A stretch of DNA of 64,000 bases from Laetmonice hystrix (taxonomy: Eukaryota), in contig OZ249442.1 of assembly GCA_965235115.1 (NCBI GenBank), forward strand, positions 28,706,001-28,770,000, written 5' to 3'. The position numbers were made by a program, and so were the translations under genes. Below, piece by piece: positions 1 to 12,063 of this stretch; the stretch's first letter is position 1, and each line of letters opens with the position of its first letter. Under the pieces are notes generated by a model. The model was not told the origin of the DNA, did no database searches, and was given only the letters and a program-made list of their open reading frames with translations.

Positions 1-481
1 GCGGTCATTTCGAAACACCTGTACTGTAGGCCTAGGCCTATAGCAGAGCCTAAGTGTAGGCCTATTTTATATGTTAAATCTCCCCCCCCCCACATATTTA
101 TAATGCTCAAATTAATCTAGTTATTTAAAAAAATCTTGCCAGGGGAGCGCCCCCCCCGGCACCGCGTGCCTTGGAAATTCCCTTCAAATTTACAACCATT
201 AAGTCTAACTCTTGCCCCAATAATTAAACATAGCCTACTGAGTACTACTCGGCTGAATTTACGGACTGGATCTCCCACGTGTCATGGCGGGAATGACAGC
301 GCCATCTCGTGAAAAAGCTGAGTACTAAATTTCTGCGGGACAGTTATCAAAACGTCACCGGGTATCATGGCGGACAAGTCCTCCGTTTCCTTACCACCTA
401 GTTATTCATAAATTTCTGTCGTCTCTCATTGTGAAGTGGGTCCGTATGTTTTCTTTTAATAGTTAATGTAAGCCAAGAATC

Positions 482-3400
482 ATGGCTACACGAAGCCTTA
501 CCGAGGTGTTCATCTTAATGCGGAACAATGCCACGCAAAACCGGCATTTGTTTTCGGAACAAGTGAGTAAACTCCTCCTACACAGTTCCACACCCGAATC
601 ACCCGAGTCGGTGAGTCCATGCTCATATCTCCGTATGTTCGCTGTTCGCCCGTATCCTTGCACTGCTTTAGTTACATTCTTCATTTGCTTTGGTTTGGCT
701 TTTCGGTACGGGCGTTACATAAACCCAGGTTATCAGGCAGACACCTGACTGGTCCTGACCTGAGACTGAGTGAAGAGTGGTCACGGCCAATATATATGGC
801 AATAGCCTAGGCCTACACTACAGCCAGGCCCAGGCCAAGGCAAGGGTAAGGCAGTGCGGTTGTAATGTGTTGAGTGTCGGCCAATAACTTCGCGCACATA
901 ATTATAAAAGAAAGTATAGAAAAATTAAGGTAGAAGCCTCTCAGCATTCTTTTGCTAAATAAAAATAGCAGTAATCACTTTTTGAAAATAATCAAAATAA
1001 ATAAACAATGATAATCGATATTGCTATCTTTAATTTGCCAGATAGAAACATCACGATTATGCAATATTTATATTTGATTGACCTTTTTAGGTCAAGATTC
1101 GACAGTGTCAGAATTTATGAGTGCCCACAAACTTCGTGCATCATGACGTTACAAATGCTTTTCCTATGCTGCTGGCTATGGTGAGAGAGATTGTGATGAC
1201 TGATTTGATGGCGCTAGGGCGATGAATAAAATTTGACTAAATCTTGTTTGTAGACAGTTTGGAGATTGTCAGTCGGAAAGCAACCAAAGAATTCACGTGA
1301 CAAAGTGAGGATAACCACCCAGCAAAAGTTGCAAGTTGCACAAATGGAAGTGCCGGAAGTTGGGGTATACACATACCTTACACATGTCATGTGTGAAGTT
1401 AGTTTAGCATAAAATAAAATAAGGTAGTGTATATTTAGCTGGCAAGGGCTAAATAGGATTATCTTAGTTTGACTAATTACCGAATTGAGTCAGGCCTAGG
1501 CCGGGTTAGTTTTATTTTTGTCTCAAATTGGGTGTTAATTCAGAGCTGAACTTATTCTGTTTACATGTTCCCTGTGCCACAGAACTTAATGGTCACATGA
1601 CTCCACCAAATGCTGGCTAAATATATATATACACTGCCATAAAACAAAATCAATTTAGGTAGAAACCAAAATATTTTTTTTTTAAATATATCAATTAAAA
1701 TTCAAACAAAAACTGAGATAAATTACATTTCAAACAGCTATTTTTAAAAAGTCAGGGGCCCGTCTCACTAAAGGCTGGTTAATAACCAGATCGTTAAGTT
1801 AACATAGGAGTGAATGGAAGGCTGCTGGTTACAGTAACCAGCAGCCTTTCATTCACTCCTATGTTAACTTAACGATCTGGTTATTAACCAGCCTTTAGTG
1901 AGACGGGCCCCAGATAAATTAAAATTTAAACTCTTACTCTCAGACTGAGTAACCAAACTCATTACATCATAATATATTATGCCATTATGGATATGTGTTA
2001 CCTGTCACGATGAAGGAGTGGGAAGAGCAGGGGTGGCATTTGAAGTCGACCGGCGCGACAGAATTCGAGCTCGGGCGACTAGACATTCACAGAAAACATG
2101 CCCAGTTGGCGAGTAGCATATTCTGGGGATAGGCCTACTTGCCAGGTCTGTATCTGACTTTTCCATCATGTGGGCTAGTAATTTTTTATCTGGGCCAGTT
2201 GATTTTTTACTTTACTAGCCCAGCTGGCTAGTTCCTATAAACTATAATTTCCACCCCTAGAGAAGGCTGCAAACCTTCCTTTATGACTTACTTCATTATC
2301 CCAGAGTGACTGAGTAACTATGATTGTACTCGGTGTTACCTAGTTCCTATTGATTGAGCCAAAACTCTAGGACGAATCGGACGACCACTATTGGCACTCT
2401 ACTATCACTGAGTCTGTCAACTAGTATATTCCAGGAAAGGACCTGAAGGACACTCAGGCTGTTAATCTCAAAATGTCAAGTGCTGGGACAAAGTGGTGGG
2501 GGGGGGGGGAGGCAGTGAAAATTGTATCTTGTCCTGAAAGACTGTTCTCGGCAAAAATTGCCTGACCTTTCTTAGGAGTTAATTTCAACCCCTGATGGCC
2601 TGTAGAGTCTTCCATAATTGAAAGAAAGTTGCAATGTAAAGTCAGTCCAATCTTAAAGAAAAACCTCTTCTTTCATGTATGATTTTTGGTCCTAAGTTAG
2701 CACTGTAGATTTGTACATCACTGTTTTTCTTTGGTGGAAGTGCTTCAGTTGCATGTAATCTGTCCTTCACCATTCTATCTTTTGTAAAGGTTATTTCCAG
2801 TTATGGTATCCTTTCATGTTATGGATCTTGGTATTATCAATATATCATGCAGGGCCGTATGATCTCTCTATCCGTCTGGAGTATTTAAAGTTTTAAATTA
2901 TTTTGGCATCTACACATTGTAAAATGAACTCATTTCAGAGTTATCTTATGATAAAATATAAGGTAAGTACTTGGATGATCAGTCTGATTTTTAAAAATGA
3001 CTCAGATTAAGGGTTTATATATAAACTATATACAAAAATACATTGGAATGTGTCAATGTCACACAGCCCTTGCATATGTACAGAGTAAATATCAGGGATC
3101 AACCCCGGGAGATTTCAATACTGGGCTGCCTGGTATATTGGTTTAATGTTACAGATGAACTAGGAGTGGAATTGCCCTACCAGCTTTAAAAATTCACTGT
3201 TAAAAACACAATTGATTCTCTATTTTGACAGTTGATCGACTTCACTTGTTCATGCTTTAGTTGTTAGTACTGGACAAAAGCATTTTAAGTTTTCCTGTAC
3301 ACATTGCTGTGTGAAGCAAGCCATTTTCCTGCAAGTTGTTCTGTAACTGTGTAAGGGGTTTTTAGTATTGGAGTTTAATCAGACCTTGTCTTTCAGGTGT

Positions 3401-6400
3401 TTTACACCATACTGCACCTCAAATTTAATCCTTGCAAGGCTGAGGTGTGTGTGTGTTGGGGGGGGGGGGGGTTCTATTGGGCCTAAGCATTATTCAAAGC
3501 TGATTCAAAGACTACATGTTTGCCCTAATTTTTCTCAAAGACAAGGCCTGTTTTAGACTGCCGGTGTTCTATGTTTCTCAAAGACAAGGCCTGTTTTAGA
3601 CTGCCGGTGTTCTATGTTTCTCAAAGACAAGGCCTGTTTTAGACTGCCGGTGTTCTATGTTTCTCAAAGACAAGGCCTGTTTTAGACTGCCGGTGTTCTA
3701 TGTTTCTCAACTCTGTTGTATTTGATTTGGTGTGCATCTAAAATTACCATTTTGTTGATAGGCAGATATTGTTTTATGAATTGAAAAACCGATCAGTAAT
3801 GTTGAAAACTCATGTACTGTACTGGGATAAATGTATGCTTAGATTCCTTTCCATTTACAAGTGGGTTTCTCAAATTCTTGGATGTGTTGAAGAAATGTGT
3901 CAAAAGTGCAAAAATGACAGCCTCACATAATGCCAGTTTTCGCATACATGTACCTATTTGGAATCTGAAAGGAAGATTGATCATACATTTAATTTGTTTG
4001 TATTTGAAAACCCGTACGACTAGATTTATGAGTGTAAATGATACACATCCAGTACAGAATTTCATGTTTAATTAAATAAATATCAGTTTTTGGATTTGTT
4101 AAAATTAAACATATTCATTTTGGCTAGTTCTGGAGTTTATAGGTACATTAATAGTCGTAATGGTTGCGATTGATATTTTGGAGATCCCATGTTATTCTCA
4201 GGTCCGCTGATTGTTTTGTGTTTCACAGATGGCAGATGACCGTATGGCTCTTGTCTCTAAGACAAGTGATGACCTTGAAGTAGGCATTATGTCACGGTCA
4301 CGGCTCCCTCCAGAATGGTAAGCGCCTGAATTTATCTTAATTCAAGATCCATTCTCTGTGCAGTAATACTCTTGCAATAAACAATGGAAATTGTTACATG
4401 ACAAACTGTAAATGTGTGCCTGCACCATCAAAATACCAGAAAAGGTTGTTTTCCTGATGTCGAAAAGAAAGTTTCTCCGGGCCACATTGTAACCCAAAGA
4501 ATGTCATCGTTTATTGTATCATTATAATTACAGTAAAGTTCCTCCGGGCCACATTGTAGCCCAAAGAACGTCATCGTTTATTGTATCATTATAATTACAG
4601 TAAAGTTTCTCCGGGCCACATTGTAACCCAAAGAACGTCATCGTTTATTGTATCATTATAATTACAGTAAAGTTTCTCCGGGCCACAATGTAGCCCAAAG
4701 AACGTCATCGTTTATTGTATCATTATAATTACAGTAAAGTTCCTCCGGGCCAAATTGTAACCCAAAGAACGTCATCGTTTATTGTATCATTATAATTACA
4801 GTAAAGTTTCTCCGGGCCACATTGTAGCCCAAAGAACGTCATCGTTTATTGTATCATTATAATTACAGTAATTCTTGATATATTTCCAGGGTTGATGGAG
4901 TGGAAGAGGTAGGAAATAGTGGTATATTTACTACACTTGTTGAATATAGATTTAACTGTCAGTGACTATTCTTAACTTTGCTCTTGTTCCGTCTTATTGT
5001 AGAATTAGTGGTATATTTACTACACTTGTTGAATATAGATTTAACTGTCAGTGACTATTCTTATCTTTGCTCATGTTCCATCTTATTGTAGAATTACTTT
5101 AGTCAGTAAAACTACCTTGCTGCATTTCAGTATTTATCTAATAAATGTAGTGAGAAGATTGAATTCCGGAGTTTCCACCCCGGTCTGCTGTCCCATCATC
5201 TAGATTGTGTGCTAACACATAGAGAAATCAGATAAATATATCATCTTAGTTCACTCTTAATTTTTGTTTGTATTTTAAATTGCTGATTGCACAACTGGAG
5301 ATGGATTTTTTATGCTTTAGGTCCAGTTCGAGGTCTCAAGAATGAAGCAAAAAAGTAAGTGCTGATTTCTTCAGAAAGAAAGGCTCAATTTGCTGTGCTT
5401 GAAGCTATCTTGAATATATTTCAAATTTAGGAAACTTGAGGACTGATAACCCTTCTCTACTCATGCTGGCAAATTTTTTCTAAAGTTAAACTCCTTGAAT
5501 CGTGAAAGTGAAAGTCGATTGTCCGAGGCACAGGTATATCTGGTCAGTGTGTTTTACATGAACTCCTCCTCGGTGCGCATCAGTAACTGACAAAAGATAT
5601 TTTGATAAGAAAGTTGTATCTCATGCATGTGCATTGACAGTATTTGTTTTTGTCACGTCAGTGAAAGACCTAGCTGCCATTCATGACAAGCACCTTAACC
5701 GACCAACACTTGATGACAGTGTTGACGAGGAACACACAATTGACATCCTTACCCAAGAGATTACGCAGGTAAGTGGAAACAAGATTTGGCATCCATAGGA
5801 AATCGAGTCCATACGGCATAAGACGCCAGGTTTAATGGTTGTTTTTGTCAGAAAAGTTTGAGTTTGACCAAATGTTTGTATCATAATTCTCCAGCGAAGT
5901 TGTAAAATTATTTTATGCCCATGGGATTAAGTACCAAGAACTGATGATATAAGACAGAGGGGGGAGGAATTAGACTGTCCTATTTATAAATAATAAACTG
6001 ATGTTTGATGTTATTTTCTCGGACAGATGTTTGGGCGATCTCAACGGCTGGTCCACCAAATTGGAGCCCGATCTCGAGAAGGGTCCTCACAAGAGCAGCG
6101 TCTGACAGGAAATATCACTTCATCTTTAGCTCGTACTCTACAAGAATTGTCCTTAAACTTCAGACAAACACAGTCTTCATACCTCAAAAGTATGTTAAAA
6201 AGTATCACCAATGTATATTAATAACATACCGTATATCTTAAGGTCATGTGCAGCACCTATCAAATCTCCCACCATATCTCGCCATGGTAACCAAACCCAT
6301 TACATATCAATATAATGCATTTCAATACAAAGAACAAGTATTTTTGATTTAAATAATGTTACAATATCTATATGTTGCCAGGCTTACTTTTTTGTTATAA

Positions 6401-8020
6401 GCCTAGGTTTATGGGAAATAATGCCTTTGCCTTAGTGGCCCCCAAATAGTGTTAGGTGCACTCAAATTAACAGTAATGTACATTTTCAGCCCACACGAAA
6501 GTGAGCATGGTGACATATAGATATTTTTACCTTTTTACAATCAGAAACACTTGTTCTTTATATTAAAATACATAATATTGATATGTAATGGGTTTGACTT
6601 AGTGTAGCACATTACCTTAACCTTGTTCAGCTCGCTATCCAACAGGAAAAAAATGATTTTATTTTCTATAATTTGTCCATGCTGAAATGTTATCATGGAT
6701 TTAAAATTTTCATTACAATTTGTAATGTAGTATTAAAGTAGAAACCAATCTAAAATGTCTACTAGATAAAGTATTTTGATATGTACCAGTAGTAAAACAT
6801 CTTTTATATGATGGTGTAACTCACTTCATGTTGTTTGTTGCAGAATTACGAATGCGAGAAGAAAGATCCAAACAATACTTTGACACAGATCTCATAGGTG
6901 GAGACAATTATCCAATCGGGGAGGAGGAAGAACTGTTTGATCGTGTAAGTATTTACCCAATCACGACATCTATTAAAATATTTGAAGCTATTCACTTCAT
7001 GACTCGATGATCGGTGTAACATCTAACTTTTACATCTAAAACACACTCCTTTCTTGGTTTTATATTTTCACAGTACTGGTTCAAGTAATCTGAGTCTCTT
7101 TTTTTTCAGGGTTTTACTGATGTTCAGTTACAAATGGTAGAAGACAACACAGCACTAGTACAGCAACGGGAAAAGGAGATTGGTCAGATAGTTAAATCTA
7201 TACAAGACCTCAATGAGATCTTTAAAGACCTTGCTACTATGATAGTTGACCAGGTAAGGTGACATCTTCTGTCAATGGTTTGGGGTACGGGGGAGATAGT
7301 TAAATCTATACAAGACCTCAATGAGATCTTTAAAGACCTTGCTACTATGATAGTTGACCAGGTAAGGTGACATCTTCTGTCAATGGTTTGGGGTACGGGG
7401 GAGATAGTTAAATTTATACAAGACCTCAATGAGATCTTTAAAGACCTTGCTACTATGATAGTTGGCTAGGTAAGGTGACATCTTCTGTCAATGGTTTGGG
7501 GTACGGGGGAGATAGTTAAATCTATACAAGACCTCAATGAGATCTTTAAAGACCTTGCTACTATGATAGTTGACCAGGTAAAGTGACGTCTTCTGTCAAT
7601 GGTTTGGGATACGGGGGAACGATCTGTCAAATTAAAAGATGCGAGTCTTGAAACATTGTTTTATTTATTTTAAGTATGATGGGAAGACAGTCATGTTTTC
7701 ACCCGGGGGTTTGTCTGTACTGAAGGTCTTATCCTGTCAAGAGTAGTTGAAAACCTTGTTCCTAGTGTACATACAATCTACATGTACAATGTACATATAA
7801 ATATACCACTGTCATTGGACATTTTTATCGGCAGGGGTCCATTTTGGACCGGATAGACTACAACATTGAACAGACTGGAACGCGGGTAGAAGCAGGCCTC
7901 AAACAACTCCAAAAAGCTGAGAAATACCAGAAAAAGAACCGGAAAATGATGATCATCACCATCATGTTTGTTGTTTGTATTGTTCTTGTCATCATTCTCA
8001 TCGCTGTCAAATCTAGATAG
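482..8020 (+). CDS. STX16: Syntaxin-16 (Golgi/TGN Qa-SNARE), 9 coding exons, ~307 aa (323 aa with the distal exon-1 donor)
   Basis: Exons 482-562 (alt. 482-610), 4229-4317, 4890-4908, 5321-5354, 5662-5768, 6027-6189, 6844-6944, 7110-7253, 7835-8020; all GT-AG with consistent phases. Translation: [16 protein letters not shown]..., [35 protein letters not shown] motif [34 protein letters not shown], and a C-terminal TM helix after QKKNRK. Matches my recollection of vertebrate STX16. Confidence 0.97.
1756..1910. mobile_element. Palindromic MITE, PIF/Harbinger-like
   Basis: Near-perfect 155-bp inverted repeat GGGCCCGTCTCACTAAAGG...CCTTTAGTGAGACGGGCCC, flanked by CAG on both sides (3-bp TSD). Confidence 0.8.
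3532..3710. repeat. Minisatellite, 43-bp unit x4
   Basis: TTCTCAAAGACAAGGCCTGTTTTAGACTGCCGGTGTTCTATGT starting at 3532, 3575, 3618 and 3661. Confidence 0.95.
4470..4871. repeat. Minisatellite, 67-bp unit x6
   Basis: AGTTTCTCCGGGCCACATTGTAACCCAAAGAACGTCATCGTTTATTGTATCATTATAATTACAGTAA repeated six times, ending just before the STX16 exon-3 acceptor. Confidence 0.95.
4918..5094. repeat. Tandem duplication, 88-bp unit x2
   Basis: TAGTGGTATATTTACTACACTTG...CTTATTGTAGAAT at 4918 and 5006. Confidence 0.9.
7186..7617 (+). repeat. 108-bp tandem repeat x4 made of the STX16 exon-8 3' part, its donor and the intron start
   Basis: Units start at 7186, 7294, 7402 and 7510; each contains ...GATAGTTGACCAG/GTAAGG (variants in copies 3 and 4). 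Confidence 0.95.
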
Positions 8021-9241
8021 GAATAAACGAGGTTTAGTGATTGTGTGTGTGAATGTGTGAGTACGAGTGTGATTGGGTCTTGAAATCAGACCAATTCTTG
8101 AAGATATTGAATTGTATTATATACCATTGTGGACTAATTGGAACTTTCCTTGTGTACAGCTTTAAGAAAGTAGAATCCCATCAATACATGTGTTCAGTTT
8201 GGCTGGGTCCACTTGGACCCATCAAGTCACCAGATGTAATCGGGTGAATCTAAGGGGTACAGGGAGTACCGGGGGTATGTGGGTAGCTGAGCAGAATGGA
8301 CCTCATTATTTCATTCGTTTCCAAAGATCTGTGGAATTTTCCTGTTGAAATGACATATTGTGTGAGTAGATGTTTAAAGGTTGCTCACCAATGAAGGTAT
8401 GTTGTGTGTGTCGGTAACTCTTAGGATCACCATCCCTGGTTATTGTTTTAAATGGACTCAAGTATTGTGTTGTGGATTATAAAAGAAAACCACTGCCTCA
8501 ATATAATTGCAGGTTTTCCTTATTACACGAACTGAATGGTGTCTTGTCCCGAGTCAGGGAGATCATCGTGAGGCACGTCAAAGTGTTTCTGTCTGTGTAG
8601 GTGACTTAGTCTGTCTGCAAGTTAAAACTGAGAAACATAAAGTCATGACAAATATTGTTCTCTGAATGAAAAAATGCCTTTCATTTAAAACTGGAAAATC
8701 GGTGTAAAAATCTCGCCACCACAGGCTTGCTTACTGTAATCTTCTGATTGATGGAAAACCAAGGATTGAATTTTGATTTTCTGTCATCAGTTTTACCGGT
8801 ATTGAGTTTAGTGTAGGCAAGTATAGACAGAGCAGTCCTAAACTCTACCAACATGTTTTTATAAATATAAATTATTGGTAACTGTTCAATGTAGGGTGGT
8901 TTAGTGATTATAACACGGTGGGGAAACAGTTATTTGTTAAATACAGCATTACGTGACAGGTGATATGACTTGAGTTAGGGCATTTCTATTTTCTAAATTC
9001 ATGGTGAAAAGCTATTTTGCTCCACTGTTATTTACTCGATGTAGATAAGCAGTGTTGCCAGAACCCGCCGAGAAAATATAGACTAGTTCTACCGACAGGA
9101 AATATTTCTTAAAAGGTTTTGCTATTAAAGGTCCACGTTCTTTATGGATGTCTGGTATCTGGTTTGTTTGAAAAGTCAGTTGAACCAGCCGTGACATGAA
9201 GTCGGAATTCAACGTTATTCTTGCCGGTTTCAAACAATTAA

Positions 9242-9577
9242 AGTGCTACAGACATCACAATTAACATGAAATTTTGTAACAGATCCCGATAATACTTGTA
9301 ATTTGTCGTTGTTCTGTAAAGGAACTGTTGTTGTACAACAACGTGAACTGTCTGTAATCCGTGATCATAATGACCCAATTCCCGTGCACACGTCACTTTC
9401 GGTTTTTGGTCATGAGCAGTCGGGAGCGAGACTGCGATGTGGCGCATGATTCAAATGGTCAATATTTTTACAAATGTTACTTTCTGAGAGAATTTATCAG
9501 ATTTATCCCGGACACTTCTACAACTCACAATAATCTATCTAGATCAGTAAAGATGCCTGTGTGATGTCTGTAGCACT
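9242..9577. mobile_element. Non-autonomous TIR element with TTAA TSD (Kolobok-like)
   Basis: TTAA|AGTGCTACAGACATCACA ... TGTGATGTCTGTAGCACT|TTAA; the RR...YY termini fit Kolobok rather than piggyBac (CCC). Confidence 0.75.
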
Positions 9578-9646
9578 TTAATGTAATGACTCGTACTGAC
9601 TTACATGGGGGTTCATAGCGGCGTATGATAGTAGTAATGTACTTAA

Positions 9647-9830
9647 GGACAAGTGCTAGTGTGAGGCCAAAAATTGGTTTGAGACAGATTTTTTTTAAAT
9701 TTTGCAGATAAACAGAGTATGTTGTCCTGTTTCAAAATTCAGCAAAAAAATGATACCTCACCGGCTTAGTTTTTTTGTTAGGAGCGTTTGAAGTTGGTAT
9801 TTTCTTCATGTTAATGAATACAGTTTACAA

Positions 9831-9863
<33 letters not shown>

Positions 9864-9895
9864 TTTTTGTCAGAACGGTGTTATGACAAATAGAA

Positions 9896-9939
<44 letters not shown>

Positions 9940-10000
9940 TTTTTTGACTTTGAACATTTTCACTGGTGTAAATGAGCAAAAAGTGAAAAAGTTCAAAATC

Positions 10001-10035
<35 letters not shown>

Positions 10036-10290
10036 ACTTCTATAACTTGGAGACCGTTATGACAAATAGAAATGGTAAAAAAAAAAAAAAAAAAAAAAAA
10101 AATTCTAAACAGTAATTAGTAATTAACATGACGAACATATCAATTTCAAACGCTCTTAACAAAAAAAGTAACCTGGTGAGGTATCATTTTTTTGCTGAAT
10201 TTTGAAAGAGGACAACATACTCTGTTTATCTGCAAAATTTAAAAAAAATCTGTCTCAAACCAATTTTTGGCCTCACACTAGCACTTGTCC
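9647..10290. mobile_element. Foldback MITE with TTAA TSD (Kolobok-like)
   Basis: TTAA|GGACAAGTGCTAGTGTGAGGCC ... GGCCTCACACTAGCACTTGTCC|TTAA; long inverted arms with internal poly-T/poly-A tracts. Confidence 0.8.
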
Positions 10291-12063
10291 TTAACGTATC
10301 ATTGAATACCGGTGCTTTCAGTTCAGTGTTTGCATGACACAATGTTAATATCGTTCCAGAACCAAGGATCTAAATAATAAGATTCTACTCTATATGATCC
10401 AGTCGAGTTGAAACTATTTATAAAATAATTTGTAAAAGAAAAGGAATAGAAAGCAGCTCTAGAGGTTGGCGTAAATGAAGTGGAATTCATGGAAGCATTG
10501 TATTATATTGAGGAAGGCAATCTCGTGTATAGGCTAACTGCACAAACTTATGAAAACATTGCCTGGTGTGCCTGTACGGCCGTATCATTCTTTCTTTTTG
10601 ATTTCCCGCATATAAATTCTACAGATGAAAATGATAGTATTACCGTAACTAGAACTAGAATAGAAACTAAAGGTGTACATGTTCTCAGTAATCTTGGAAA
10701 GACTTTCCGTTATTAGTGAGATTTTGTACGATGCACTGACCTAGAATCAACATCAGGGGCGCGTGGCAACCCTTCAAATTTTCCAAGGTCCCTTTTAGAG
10801 AATTTTTTTATCCAAAAGGACACGATCTAATGTCCAATTTACCATACGCTGGTAAAGATTATGTGTACATTAGTCAGTGTCAAAGTTAGACCAACTAAAC
10901 TTTGTATTTTACTGCGTATAGCCAGTGATAACAGTTCTAACTGAGATCAGCACCCTCCACGGGTCTATTTACGGTATTTTGTAAGGGCAAAGATTGTAGC
11001 TAATTTATCTTCTGTATGCTGTGATTGTTTTTGAATGATAGGAGGGTATATGACCATTAGAATCGTTGATGGCAAGCTGGTTGCAAACTATCGCATGTAA
11101 CTAGGGTGAAAGTGCTACAGTATTAGTCGTATATAACTCAGTTACACCATACTGATTGTTGTATACGGGAAACTACCGGGGAGTTGTGACACAGGAAAGA
11201 ATTACAAACAATGCCAGAAGTAATTCTTATTTTCTACCCTGTCAGTGTTTAAAGGCATTAACAAGATAACATGAAAGGCAACAAGGGTCCAATGTATCAA
11301 TTTTGAGCAGGGTTCGACTGATTGAAAACCGGTTTATCTTAGCGGCCAAAATGAGAATGTTGTAGAGAGTAGGACGTTTTTGCTGTGTGAAATGAAAATC
11401 TACGTTTCTTTATCTTGCTCCCTTTCCTACTTAGTACGAGTTTCTTAAAACAGGAAGGAAACTTTGAAAGTCTGTTAGGTGAATCACTGACAATTCTCTT
11501 CATTTCGGTATCGTGTACAGATTTAAAAGTTGAACTATCTGTTACGGACAAGCTTAAAATTGTCTGGCTGAAGATTTACATGACGACAGATCAGTACACT
11601 TCATGCGGTGTCTGTACTTTACTGAAAGCACAGACACTTTGTGAAACCCAACAGGAAAGACAAAATAGATTTTCTGTACCGACAGCGGTTTTCATTTAGT
11701 CTGACCGTAGTGTGATTGTACCTTTTGTTTGCACGAATGTCCAGACAGCTAGCAGTTGGTGATAAGCTTAAATACCAGGGAACGACAAATAGTCTAGTAA
11801 TTATATGTAAAGCCCAGGTTACTGTGCTATGATCTAGGCTACTGTGGAAATGTATTTTTAATACATGCTGTAAATTTATGTAAATAAATAAATATAAATG
11901 GGAAGTCACGTTATTTTAAATGATGTTCCCCTCTACCATCTAACAAGGCCCCAGCGATAACAGGTCCAAGTTTTGGTGGGATTTTTGGATGATCCATTGA
12001 AATACAACCAATGACGCTGGTGTCAATATGCATAAATTTATTACAAAAATATATACAAATCTC

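Noticed and set aside
463-810. Minus-strand ORFs over STX16 exon 1
   Set aside because: Antisense shadows of the real exon with no recognisable homology.
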